A stretch of DNA of 64,000 nucleotides from Octopus sinensis (GCF_006345805.1 NC_042998.1:51150001-51214000), one strand, 5' to 3'. Counted from the stretch's first letter, positions 12,420 to 25,170 are shown. Notes: generated from the sequence alone by a model not told the origin. Numbers and translations: made by a program.

Positions 12420-12455
12420 CTTTGACATTTCGAGTCTATGCTCTTTGTTAGAAAG
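12420..12455 (-). ncRNA. Decayed minimal hammerhead in a PLE-like fragment (about 12340-12480)
   Basis: CUUU-CUAACAA-A-GAGC-AUAG-ACUC-GAAA-UG-UC|AAAG. Flanks are homologous to 6730-6865. The core is mutated. Confidence 0.35.
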
Positions 12456-13196
12456 GAATAAGGAAAAACAAAATGAAGAGAGGCAAAAAAACAGCGAGAG
12501 AAAAAATTGTGTCTGGATTAATGGTTTCACTTGCTGTATCTAAAATGATGATAAGATGGTCATTACTGGAATACCAGTGATCATTGATTCTGTTCCAACA
12601 GAGATGATCTAGTGCTAAGCAATAACAACAACAGCAATGATAAATTGATAATCTCTGAATGTCAGAGGACACTGAGGAACAGCATTTGAGGATTATATCA
12701 AGAACTTAGTTGAATACATATGAGAAATTATACTGTTCATTTAGTATAAAACAAGAACATGCCTCCAATATATTCAAGGAGGGAATCTTATATTACGAAA
12801 GAGAACTAGATCTCTATTTGTCTATTCACAACATTTATTAAAGGAGAGAAAAAAGGGGAGGAATCATAATATATGTACGTATAATGTATTTTTAGAAGAC
12901 GTGGAGGAGAAAAGTTGTTGTGAGAGAAAAATACAGTGTGAGTGAGAGAGAGAGAGAGTGTGTGTGTGTGAAAGATAGACAGAAAGAGAAAGAGAGAGGG
13001 GTAGGTAGTGTTGTCACCATAGTAATTAACAAACTTTGATTTAAAATATGCAAATTTTAAATGTAAAAACTGTCAACACAACACAACACACTTTAAAAGA
13101 TAACTTTCACTTTGTGAAAGTATGTACATTATTAACAAATATTTTTACTGGCAGCATAGTGATGGGAAATGACCTAGTTAAATATAAACCACTAAC

Positions 13197-13459
13197 CTTC
13201 AATCTCTCCTGGAAACTCATTTTTGATGGGCTTCAAGTATGGAATATCATCATCAATAAGGGTTAACATTTCCTCATTATCAGCAGTATTTAGATTGTCG
13301 ATGTCAGCATCATCTTCAGCTTCAGATTCTGTTAAGCTATCACTGTGGTCACTTCCCCCAGCTTCTGAGCAATTAGAATTGCAGCTTGAAGCTTCTGCTG
13401 ACAGCCTGTCTTCGTTGTCATAATTTTCAGCCATTGTAGAGTCACTAATATTTAAATCA
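13197..13459 (-). CDS. Internal coding exon of an unidentified host gene (acidic, Ser-rich, low complexity)
   Basis: Minus strand has acceptor ttttctgcttattttttgcAG, an open frame (x)DLNISDSTMAENYDNEDRLSAEASS...EFPGEIE, and donor GAAG|GTTAGT at 13197/13196. It is 263 nt, non-repetitive, and ends in phase 1. Confidence 0.75.
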
Positions 13460-13479
13460 CTGCAAAAAATAAGCAGAAA

Positions 13480-13805
13480 AAGTAATCATGAAATAAGTAG
13501 GAGAAATAACCATGAAATAAAGTAGAGAAAATATCCATAAATAAACGGCAAATATAACGATGATATCACAAGTAGCAAATGTAACCATGATATAAAAAGC
13601 AAATATAATCATGAAATGAATAGCAAACATAACCATGAAGGTACAAGTAACATAGCCATTAAACATGTAGTCGATATGACCATGAAATGAATAGCAAATA
13701 TAAGTAAAATATAAGTAGTAAATATAACTATGATATGAGTAGCAAATATGATAATGAACTTAGTGGTAAATATAACCAAGAAATAAATAGTAACTATAAG
13801 TGTGA
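13480..13805. repeat. Degenerate ~24-bp minisatellite (about 13 copies)
   Basis: Approximate consensus AAATATAACCATGAAATRAGTAGC. Confidence 0.7.
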
Positions 13806-13969
13806 TAAAAGAAGCATATATAATTTTATTTAGTTTAAAATTATCACCTGCAGTTTTCTTTTTTTTTTTTTTCAATATGGCTTTTTCTACAAGAGTGCCA
13901 ATAAGAATTACTAACACATAAAAAGACACACTCCCAGCTCAATGTAACTAGAAGAATTTTCATATTAAC

Positions 13970-14710
13970 AGTTATTGTGAGGGGGAGTGATAAAGTTTTG
14001 GGCATTGAAGAGAATCAGCTAAGCAGTCTATTTCAAAGTATATTCAGTTTGAGGACTATGAATAACTCTCAGAATTTTCTGGCAAAGTGAGGCAGTCTTT
14101 GCCAATTTGAGATCAAATTCTACAGGTATGGAAGTGTCATTACTGGGACCTTTCCAAAATACACAGAGTGCAACAAAACCATTGAACTGTGAAGTTATGT
14201 CAAACAGTTGTTGTCATGTATAGAATGGATTTGGCTATCAGTTAAGTCCATTACACAGATTGCAACTCTGCCTTCCATGAGCCAGGAAGAACAAGCAATT
14301 TTTCCCTGCCTGGCAGCTATAGTGAAAGAGGTTGTATAGTGGAGAAGATTGAAAATGCTGAGGACGGGCACTTCCCACTTGAGCTAAATCTTCAAAACCT
14401 TCATGGACTTTCTCACATTCCCCTTGTAGAGGAACATCAAATACAGAGAGGGAGGTGCTACCCTCGAGCAAATTTGTTTTAAAACATGAGCGGATTTGGT
14501 GAGAGTGGCTCTAGTGAGTGAGTCTACTTTCAGCATGCACATGAAAGCTGGAGAAAACAGCAAGGAAAGGGCACTTTTTGCAGTTAGGGTGATACAATGT
14601 TTAATGGATTTCTTTGATTGGGCTTAGGTGATTCGTGCCTCACTTCCCACTAGGAACCTTTCCCTTATTGATATTCCACAGTTTTATGTTTTGTCTTTGT
14701 ACCATCACCA
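13970..14710 (-). mobile_element. Decayed LINE APE-endonuclease fragment (CR1/Jockey-like)
   Basis: Broken frames give LSPNPLM..TNL.EG, AHG..A...V and KGPSNDTS. No intact ORF or splice pattern. Confidence 0.45.
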
Positions 14711-14986
14711 ATGTTTTGCAATTTTGTAGCGAAAAGAAAACAGATTATTATTATTATGCTTCTGCTTAGTATTAATGTTGTAATGGGGTAAATTACATTT
14801 CCCATCAGACCAAAAGCCATTGTCTAAGTTTTACTATTTGAAACCAAACATATGTTCTAGGTGCTTTGACAACAGCTAGCAAGCCAGAGGACTGCACCAG
14901 GCTGCACTGTCTGCTTTGGCAAGGTTTCTTTGGCTGGATACCTTTCCTAACACCAAATATACAAATATATTAAATCAATGTAGCTG

Positions 14987-15365
14987 TAGGAGTGGCTGTG
15001 TGGTATGTAGCTTGTTTACCAACCACATGGTTCCGGGTTCAGTCCCACTGTGTGGTACCTTGGGTAAGTGTCTCCTACTATAGCCTTGGGTTGACTAAAG
15101 CCTTGTGAGTGGATTTGGTTGACAGAAACTGAAAGAAGCCCATCGTATATATGTATATATATGTGTGTGTGTATATGTTTGTGTGTGTTTGTCCCCCCCA
15201 ACATCGCTTGACAACTGATGCTGGTGTGTTTACATCCCCGTAACTTAGCGGTTCAGCAAAAGAGACCAATAGAATAAGTCCTGGGGTCGATTTGCTTGAC
15301 TAAAGGCAGTGCTCCAGCATGGCCACAGTCAAATGACTGAAACAAATAAAAGAGTAAAAAGAGAA
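14987..15365 (+). mobile_element. tRNA-derived SINE family A (representative). Other copies or parts at about 6230-6530, 17287-17705, 18493-19245, 19267-19515, 21495-21715, 26745-27235, 28361-28735, 29775-30197, 30210-30648, 36465-37150, 52050-52972, 55120-55548, 59170-59580
   Basis: Head TGGCTGTGTGG..GGTTCAGTCCC (A/B-box-like), CTTGGGCAAGT CORE-like motif, internal TA/TG microsatellite, tail ..GACTGAAACAAGTAAAAGAG. Confidence 0.9.
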
Positions 15366-15734
15366 AAAGAGAAAGAATGTTCTTGAGCCAGTGCTCTATT
15401 TGAGTGTCACACACACGCAAGCAGATAATGGCCATAAGGGGAAAAGCAGAACATTATGTGTTTTTAGGTTCGTAGAAACAACAATTGACAAATCATTTCT
15501 TATTCAGCTTAACAAGACTTCTGATTTGAGACAGTTGAAAACAAAGCTACTTCAATTCTATGCTGCTGATTTTTTAAGGTCTGTGGAATAGGTAGTGACA
15601 AGATGAAACTCAGAAGAGCTAAGTTGCTGAGAGAAGATTCCTTTTTCGGTATTGCCTCCAAAAGGCAAAATTACTAACAGACTACTGCATTTTTAATGGC
15701 CCAAATAAAGCATGAGGACCAGTGAAAGACTTAA

Positions 15735-16349
15735 CCCTTTAGCATTCAGATTACTTGCTAAATGTGGATGGAAGCACTCCGTGGTTACGACGATGAGGGT
15801 TCCGGTTGATCCGAATCAACGGAACAGCCTGCTTGTGAAATTAACATGTAAGTGGCTGATCACTCCACAGACACGTGCACCCTTAACGTAGTTCTCGGGG
15901 ATATTCAGCGTGACACAGAGTGACAAGGCCGGCCCCTTGAAATACAGGTACAACAGAAACAGGAAGTAAGAGTGAGAGAAAGTTGTGGTGAAAGAGTACA
16001 GCAGGGATCACCACCATCCCCTGCTGGAGCCTCATGGAGCTTTTAGGTGTTTTCGCTCAATAAACACTCACAACGCCCAGTCTGGGAATCGAAACCGCGA
16101 TCCTATGACCGTGAGTCCGCTGCCCTAACCACTGGGCCATTGCGCCTCCTTGTTAAATGTAATGTTTATTTATTCACATTATTTTGAATTAATCCTGCAT
16201 TATCTCATAGCTTCAAGATTTTGATGATGTGATTGCTTAGTTTTAGAATGATGTTGTAGGGTAGGTGTGAGAGGCCAGATCTGGTAATTTTGAACATAAA
16301 ACAAGAAGAAAATTTTGGCCAGATTATAGCCAGTTTAAATGCTAAAGGG
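15735..16349. mobile_element. piggyBac-type MITE containing a SINE (15766-16149)
   Basis: TTAA-CCCTTTAGCATT ... AATGCTAAAGGG-TTAA. SINE TSD is CTTG(C/T)TAAATGT. Confidence 0.85.
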
Positions 16350-16504
16350 TTAAAATGTAATCTAATTATGAAGGTGAAACTCTAAAATGTAGCTTGTATA
16401 AGTCGAACTATAAATTTCCTTAGTTTCATCTCATTACTGAAAGGCAAGGGAAAATGAATGTAAAATTTCCTGCACCTGAAAAGGATTTCTGAAAGCTAGC
16501 TTAA

Positions 16505-16725
16505 CCCTTTTGCTACCATATTTCTATTGAGATGCTCTGTGTTTCTTTCAATTATTTTAGATATAACAAAGAATTTAGTAAAATAACTTAGTTATCATTA
16601 AGTTAGTGTTAAGAACATAAATTGTGACTAAGATTTGGCGGAAGATTTTAATTCAGAACTTTTGAAAAGAAGGCATTTATACTACAGAGCCAGAGCCGGT
16701 TTTAGCCAGGTTGGAAACGAAAGGG
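16505..16725. mobile_element. piggyBac-type MITE (related decayed copy at about 12103-12294)
   Basis: TTAA-CCCTTTTGCTACCA ... TGGAAACGAAAGGG-TTAA. Confidence 0.8.
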
Positions 16726-16803
16726 TTAAAAATATGAAACAAATAATAGATTGTTGTTCTTCCTTTGGATGCAGTGCCTGTCTAAAGCTTAACGGTCTGT
16801 TAC

Positions 16804-16831
16804 CTATTAGCAACAGCCAGGGAAACTAAAG
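16804..16831 (-). CDS. Candidate upstream micro-exon (22 or 28 nt; (L)VSLAVANS)
   Basis: Two tandem acceptors ctccattgctttAG ctttAG and donor AG|GTAACA. It ends in phase 2, as the 13459 exon requires, and the frame is open. Short enough to occur by chance. Confidence 0.25.
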
Positions 16832-17498
16832 CTAAAGCAATGGAGAATATAGTGTTTCATCCAGAAACAATAAATTGCAATCAAGATATAGTTCTTGTAA
16901 CTCATAATGTAAACAAAAGTTACCAGAAAATTACTTTATTCAAATCAAATAAAATAAATGTTCAATTTCATGCTTTTTTTCTGTTTTTACTCAAAACTGG
17001 AAAGTAATTTTATGCAATTAACCAAAATTGATGTTATTAGCATATGCAATAAACAAATCAATTTCACATAGTTTAGTGGTTAAACAAATCTGTGTTTGAG
17101 AAGTTATGCAATTAACTGAATTATACACTCATTCTGTATGTTGCTTAAGTAAAATCAATTGTGGCAGAGGAGATACAGAGAGAATCAGTATAGAATACAA
17201 GTTTACTTTGTGTAAAACCTATAGTTCATATGTAAATTTGAACTTCTGCATGTATCTCTGTGTAGCCATTTCTTTGTATTTGCTTACTCTCTTTTACTCT
17301 TTTACTTGTTTCAGTCATTTGACTGTGAACATGCTGGAGCACTGCCTTCAGTCAAGCAAATCAACCCCAGGACTTATTCTTTGTAAGCCAAGTACTTATT
17401 CTATCGGACTCTTATACCGAACCACTAAGTTAGGGTGACGTAAACACACCACCATCGGTTGTCAAGCGATGTTGGGGGGGACAAACACAGACACACAA

Positions 17499-17559
<61 letters not shown>

Positions 17560-18931
17560 CGACGGGCTTCTTTCAGTTTCCGTCTACCAAATCCACTCAC
17601 AAGGCTTTGGTCAACCCGAGGCTATAGTAGAAGACACTTGCCCAAGGTGCCACACAGTGGGACTGAACCCGGAACCATGTGGTTGGTAAACAAGCTACTT
17701 ACCACTGTCACTATTGTTACTATTCATTATCATCAACATCATCATTATCACTTAGCATCTGTTTTCTATGCTGGCATGGGTTGGACAATATGACCAGTGC
17801 AAGCATGTAGGAGAGCTGCACCAGGTTCCAGTCTGATTTTGGTTGGTTTCTACAGCTGGGTGCCCTTTCTAACACCAACCACTCTACAGAGTGTCCTTGG
17901 TGCTTTTTACATGGGACTGGTATGGCACTATTTAGCCAAAGGTCAAGGCAGTGAGCTAACAGAATCATTAGCATTTTGAGCTAAGTGCTTTGTAGCATTT
18001 CTTCTGCTGAGATTAACTTTGCCTTTCATCTTTTAGGAGTCAATAAAATAAAGTACCAGCCAAACACTGGTGCTGATGTAACCAGCTTGCACCCCGACCT
18101 CAAAATTTCTGGCTTTGTGTCAAAATTAGAAAGAATTATCAGAAAGCAACTAGCAGAAAGAATAATTAGCATGCAAGGCAAAATTCTTAGTGGTAATTGG
18201 CTTTAATGTTCTGAATTCAAATTCCACTGAGATCAATTCTGTCTTTCATAATTTCAGGATCAATAAAATAAGTACCAGTTGAACACAGTGGTCGATGTAA
18301 TTGACTAAGCTCCTCTTCCTCCTCCTAAAATTGCTGGTCTTGTGCCAAAATTTGAAATCATTATTTAGTGAAAGGCACTAGTGTAGCCAGAGTTTCCCTT
18401 AGATTCACTTTAATAATTAGTAATTTTATCATTGTATTTTGAGATCAAACCTGCTAAATCTCCCATAAATAAAGTACCAGTGATATAGAAGTAGGTGCAG
18501 GCATGGCTGTTTGGTAAGGTCTGTGGAATAGGTGGTGACAAGATCAAACTCAGAAGAGCTAAGTAGCTGAGAGAAAATTCATTTTTCAGTATTTCCTCAA
18601 AAAGTATTTCGTCTGCTGTTACATTCTGAGTTCAAATTCTGCCGAGGTCAACTTTGCTTTTCATCCTTTCGGAGTCGATAAATTAAGTACCAGTTGTGCA
18701 CTGGGGCTGATGTAATCAACTTAATCTCTTTGACTGTCCTTGTTTGTCCCCTCTATGTTTGGCCCTTTGTGGGCAATAAAGAAATAAGAAGTTTGCTTCC
18801 CAACCACATGATCCTGGGTTCAGTCCCACTGTGGCACCTTGGGCAATTGTCCTTTTCTTTCACCTCAAGCTGACCAAAGCCTTGTGAGTGGAATTGGTAC
18901 ATGGAAACTGAGAGAAACCAGTAGTGTGTGA

Positions 18932-19022
<91 letters not shown>

Positions 19023-19788
19023 TGTGTGTGTGTGCCTTTGTGCCTGTGTTTGTGCCCCACCACCACTTGATAAGCCATATTGGTTTATTTACATCCCTGT
19101 AACTTAGTGATTCAGCAAAAGAACTGATAGAATAAGTACAGGCTTTTAAAAAATAAATTAGTACTGCAGTTAATTCATGCGACTTAAATTTCTTCAAGGC
19201 AGTGCTCCAGCATGGCCACTGTCTAATGACTGAAACAAGTAAAAGATATGAGCTATATATGAATATAGGCACAAGTGTGGCTGTGTGGTAAGAAGTTTGC
19301 TTCTCATTATGTCCGTGTATAGCCTGCAGCTTCCTTTCTTTGTAAGGCCCTTGTGGTCAATTAAATGAATAAAAGAAGTTTGCTTCTCAGCCACATGGTT
19401 CCGGGTTCAGTCCCATTGTGTGGCAGCTTAGGCAAAGTGTCTTCTACTATAGCCTTGGGCCAACCAAAACCTTGTGAGTGGATTTGGTAGATGGAACTTG
19501 AAATAAGCCTGTCATATATATATATATATATATATAGTGTAATAAATAAAATATATGCATACATACAAACATATATGTACGTACCGACATCTACATGTAT
19601 ATATACATGCATATATAAATATATATATACGTACAGGACATAACAAGAAGACGAAAAAATCAATAAAATGAAAACGGAGAAGACATTTTGTTACAACAGA
19701 AGGACAGAGACGTGGAACAAGACGAAACGAAAACGAAAACGGGAAAAACAATTATGTGCAGCAGAAAAACGAAGTACATATATATATA

Positions 19789-21075
19789 CTGGATTAGCAA
19801 GAAAGTAATGTCAGCTTTTTAGTGTGAAATAAAAATCATTACTTTCCTTACAAAAATGAATTTTAATCAATTATATATTTTCCATTTTGTTCAATGACCT
19901 TTTGCAATCTTTCTGGCAACTTCATGATTCCACGCTCATAGAATTTCTGGTCCTTATCAACCAAAAATGAAGCAAGTGTGATTTCAGGTCATCATCATTA
20001 TTGAAAGTTTTACCATTCAAAGAATTTTGCAGACTTCGAAATAAATGGTAAACTGATGGTGCAAGGTCAGGGCTATATGGGGGATGTGACACCACTTCCC
20101 AACCAAGCTCCAATAATTTCTCAAAAGTTAGGAAAGATGTGTGTGGTCTAGCATTGTCATGGTGGAACACGATTGCTTTAGGATTTGCCAATTCTGGCTG
20201 TTTTTCTTTGATTGTGCCTCCAGTTTCATTAGTTGTTGACAGTAAACATCTGAATTGACTGTTTGGTTCCTTGGAAGCAGCTTAAAATACACAACACCTT
20301 TGTAATCTCACTAAATTGACAGTATGACCTTTTTTTGAAGCAATTCAGATTTGGATGTGGTCTGAGCTGGTTCATTATGCTTGGACTATGATTGTTTCCG
20401 ATTGATGCTATTGTAGACAATCCATTTTTCATCACCAGTGATGATTCATTTCAAAATCGGCCAATTTCATTGTGTTTGAGATGTATATCACAAATATTGA
20501 TTCATTGTGTTAAGTGAATTAAGTGAATCCCTTTGTGGAACCCAAATATCGAGCTTCTTAACAAGTCTAAGATGTTTTAAGTGATTTTTGATTGTTGTGT
20601 GTGATACATTTAACCTCTCTGCAATCTCTTGCACAGTTAAATGACAATCAGATTCAATTATGGCTTTGATTCAGTCATCATGAACTTCAGTAGGTCGACT
20701 AGAGTGTTTGTCAACTTTGAGTAGAAAATCTCCAAAACAGAATTTTTAAAACCATTTCTGACATGTGCATTCAGTTAAGCAATCAAGACCATAAACTTCA
20801 CATATCTCTTTGTGAGCCTCAGCAGCTTTCTTGTCCTTACAGAGATAAAAAAAACAAATTATGGCAAAAACGCTCGTTTTTGAACTCCATATTAAAATCG
20901 ACACTGAACTAACAGCTGTAAACAAAATTACACACAGTTTGCTTCTAAAGTAAGTTAAAAGTAATGGTTATCAAATGTCAAAAGAAAAAAAAATCATAAC
21001 ATTGACAAAAGTCGTTCAAAAAAATCCTTACTCTATCTATTTGCATGAAAAGAAATTACTTTCTTGCCAACCCAT
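19789..21075 (-). mobile_element. Full-length (1287 bp) decayed mariner
   Basis: TA-flanked TIRs (TGG.TT.GCAAGAAAGTAAT). FHHDNARPH...HPPYSPDLAPSVYHLFRSL, with the third catalytic Asp changed to Val, plus frameshifts. Confidence 0.9.
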
Positions 21076-23086
21076 TACATATATATATATATATTTATAT
21101 ATATATATCAAAATTAGCAACAAGGATATCCAAGGTAGTGTAGTACAATCGTTTCATGCTACTTCATTTTATTAAACAATGTAAGTACTACATCAGTTTT
21201 AAAATGTAGAGCAATCTTCAGCCACATAGAATTTTTTTTATTAAATGGACAATGTGCATTTTTATACTTATTTCATTTGCCAACATTACAAAGAAGGTAG
21301 ATATATAGACAGAGAGGTTAATTTCATCATTAGGAACATGGTAGTAGAAGGTCCTTCTCTATCTGTAGATTTTTTATCACTGAGTTCACTTTGTTATATA
21401 GATTTAGCAATGGGGAGGAGGTCTTTTTATTTGGTTCAATAGAGACAAACAAGAATTTTTTCTATTTATATATATATATATGTACAAATTTATGTGTGAG
21501 TGTCTTTGTGTCAGTGTTTGTGTCCCAGTGTCACTTGACAACCCGTGTTGATTTGTCTACATTCCGGTAACTTAGTGGTTCAGCAAAAGAGACCAACTAG
21601 AGTAAGCACCAGACTCTAAAATAAAATAAGTATTGGGGTTGATTCATTCGACTAAAATTCTTCAACATGGTCCCCCGGCATGGTCGCAGTCTAATGACTG
21701 AGCCAAGTAAAAGACAGAAGATTAAAAAATAACTAAATGAATTTGAATGACCATACCAAACACGGCTTTGTGCCTTCAGAGTAACAAAAAAAAGCATAAT
21801 TTTTACCATTCTTAATAATATGGCTATTCACAACGTGATTGTGAACAACTGAGCAGCTGTTATAGGTCCAATCAATATGAGCCGACAAAATTAAATATAT
21901 GGCCATAAGATAACTACTTTGACAATAGCCATTCCTCGATATATTTATAATAAATCATATATATTAGCTTTATATATTTGTGTGTGTATAATTCATATAT
22001 AGATATATAAACATATATGCATACAATATAGATATATGTATAAATATAATACATATATATATATATATTATAAATATAATATATATAACAATGTATAGAT
22101 ATAATACATACACATATACACAAATACATACATTCATATATATGCATCATGGGAGGGTCGTTTTCCTAATGAAATCACAAGCACTGGACACACACATATA
22201 TTGCAAGACACAAATACACACATATACCCAGTATATTCAGATACACATACTTTTTTTATTTTCTTATATTCTTTTTCTGGTTTCCATCATTATACAGACA
22301 CACACATAAAAATACGCAAGTACAGCCACACAGATACATATTTCTATGCATACAAGTCTACACACAGCACAAACACACACAAGCACACACACACACACAC
22401 ACACACACAACAAACACACGCATAACTATATATGATTATAAATATCTGACCAACCTATGCGAATATAGAAAACCAGACATTAAAACCAATAACATGGATG
22501 ATAATATACAAATTTTATTGCACCATCAATACACATGTGCAAACATATATATATATATACACTCAATTGTACATACGTACACACTTACATAATTACACAC
22601 ACACACACAAACACAGATAACCAGCAATCCGATGAGTGTTCCAGCTGATACAATCAACAGAACAGCTAGCTCATGACATTTACATGCAAGTGGCTGAGCA
22701 ATCTACAGACGCATGTAACTCTTAAAGTAGGTCTCAGTATACAGAATGTGACAAGGCCAGCTCTTTGGAATATAGTTACGGCTCATTCTTGCCAGCTGAG
22801 TGTGAGTGGAGTGGAGCAACACAAAATAAAGTGTCTTGCTCAAGGACACAATGTGCTGCTGATCTTACAACCTTATCATCATGAGCTGAATACCCGAACC
22901 ACTAAGCCATGCACCTTCACTATTTAGCCAAAGGTCAAGGCAGTGAGCTAACAGAATCATTAGCATGTTGAGTGCTTTGTAGCATTTCTTCTGCTGAGGT
23001 TAACTTTACCTTTCATCCACACACACACACACATGCATGCACACACTCAAACACATTATACACACACACACACATATATATAGAGA

Positions 23087-23426
23087 AAAATACAGTGTAC
23101 ATTTAAACGCATAAGAGATGGCCATAACTGGACATCTGACTCGCTAGAAAGAGTAGTTAAACTACAAACCACTAATTAGTTGTAATTACCCTTATTAGGG
23201 TAAATGTTTTTATTTTTCACTCCCTTTTGAAATTACAACTAATTAGTGGTTTGTAGTTTAACTACTCTTTCTAGCGAGTCAGATGTCCTGTTATGGCCAT
23301 CTCTTATGTGTTTAAATGTACACTGTATTTTCATATGAATAATATATAGTCTATTGACTAGTTTCCTTCTCGCTAGACCACTGGTAGCAAAGAATTTCTC
23401 TAAATTTTTTTGCTACCCTATGATTT
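23087..23426. mobile_element. PLE-like fold-back (arms about 23087-23192 and 23197-23331)
   Basis: Near-perfect inverted repeat of about 100 bp with an indel of about 30 bp in one arm. The right arm continues to about 23426. Microsatellite flanks. Confidence 0.6.
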
Positions 23427-23484
23427 ATATATATACTTACACACTAACGCACATATATATATATGTGTGTACATGCACACACAT

Positions 23485-23532
<48 letters not shown>

Positions 23533-24626
23533 TTACACACTAATACACACACACATCTTGTCATTCAGTTACTAATTTCATTTTCATTTTCTTCTTTTAA
23601 TATTTTCTTTTTTTTTTTTCCATTTTTACCTCCTACCACAAAAATCTCACAAAACTCCCAAATTATTTCAGAAAAAGAATAGGCGAAAAAAAAAAAGGAA
23701 TAAAAAACGAAAATAAAGAAACTAAAGAAAACTGACCAAAAGACTAAATGCAAAGTGTGGAGTTGAGGAATTTAGCTCCACCACCAATAAAGTCTTGGCA
23801 ATAATATGGAAGACAAAGAAGCTATAATAATGCAAATATCATATAAATTTTTTATTCGTGCTGTGGGACATCTCTAAAGAGGAGGTGTAAAAATCTGATG
23901 ACCATTTTTGTAATGGTAGCAATATTGTTTAGAATTTCGGTTGCCTTTCTTTCTACAGAGAATTCTTCGTTGACAGGTTTTATGACCTAATGTGTTTATT
24001 GTAACCTGTTAAGTTTGTCAATGCAGGAGGGTTTTCTTTACTTTTTTTGTGTGTTTTTGCTGTAGTTCTTCCAAGTTATTGTTGTTGCTAATGATAATGA
24101 TGATGTTGTTAGTCTTGCTGTTGTTGCTAGAGCTGTAGATGTTGTTGTTGTTGTTTTAGTTTAGCACACCAGCACTGCCCTCATTGAGCATACCTATAAT
24201 CAAAAGAATTCTAGGATTCAAACTATGACCATTCCATCTTCTCTCCTATGTGCAAGGGTCACAAAGATCAAATTCAACAGAGATTGAGTTGCTATTTCTA
24301 GCAGTTTGAATAACCATGTAGAGATACAGTTGTAGGCTTATGTAAGTACCAGTAATAATCTGATGAGTTGATTCAATCAACAATACCACTCTCATATAGA
24401 TTTATAGCCCCTTGCAAATGCAAGAAACCATTATTCCATAACTTTATTTATAAATATTAGGGAGGTAAGAGAGCAAATCTTGAAAAATGCAGGAACAACA
24501 AGTTTACTGTCAGTTTTAATTCATTCCTTTGTTTTCCCCGAAGAAGGACTCTCTCCAAAACATTGTATGTATGTTATTTAGATATAATTATGTGCCTATG
24601 TATATATATTCTTGTCTCACTTCGTA

Positions 24627-25170
24627 TTGGGTTGTCTGGAAAGTTTGTGCCAATTTTTAAAGGAAAGAAAATGGTCAATAAATACTTGCCATTACATTTT
24701 TAATCAACCAAATATGAACCATTTTGTTGCACAATGCGTCTCCATCTTTCCTTTAACTTGAAAATACCCTCTTCCCAGAATCATGGCAAAGAATTCATCA
24801 AGATATCTTTTTACATCATCCAAGGAATTGAAATTTTTACCATTAAGACTATTCTGCAGAGACCTGAATAAGTGGAAATCTGAAGGAGCAATAACTGGTA
24901 AATATGGATGGTTGGGTAACACATCCCAGCCGAGCTGCAGCAATTTTTGTCTGGTTCCCAAAGCATCAAGTGCCAAAAATGAACTTTCTTATCTTCCATT
25001 TTAAAGGGTTACGGAATTAACACAGGTTATAGGAACATAAATCTTCTTCCACGAGAAAGATAGCTTAAACTGTGCTCTAAATGGAGGTGTAGTCAAATCC
25101 TATTTTATGGACTAAAATAAGTCGAAAGCTAAGCTACTATAAATTGGCACAAACTTTCCGGACAACCCAA
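24627..25170 (-). mobile_element. Short deletion derivative of mariner (544 bp)
   Basis: 30-bp TIR TTGGGTTGTC(T/C)GGAAAGTTTGTGCCAATTT. LGWDVL..HPYLPVIAPSDFHLFRSLQN motif. Confidence 0.9.

Noticed and set aside
21186-21224. Minus-strand CTGAAGA..AAAA-CTGATG-TA
   Set aside because: No stem I or II pairing; at best a heavily decayed PLE remnant.
24535-24570. Hammerhead-like CCGAAGA..CTCC-AAAA
   Set aside because: Both core boxes are mutated and stem I is absent.
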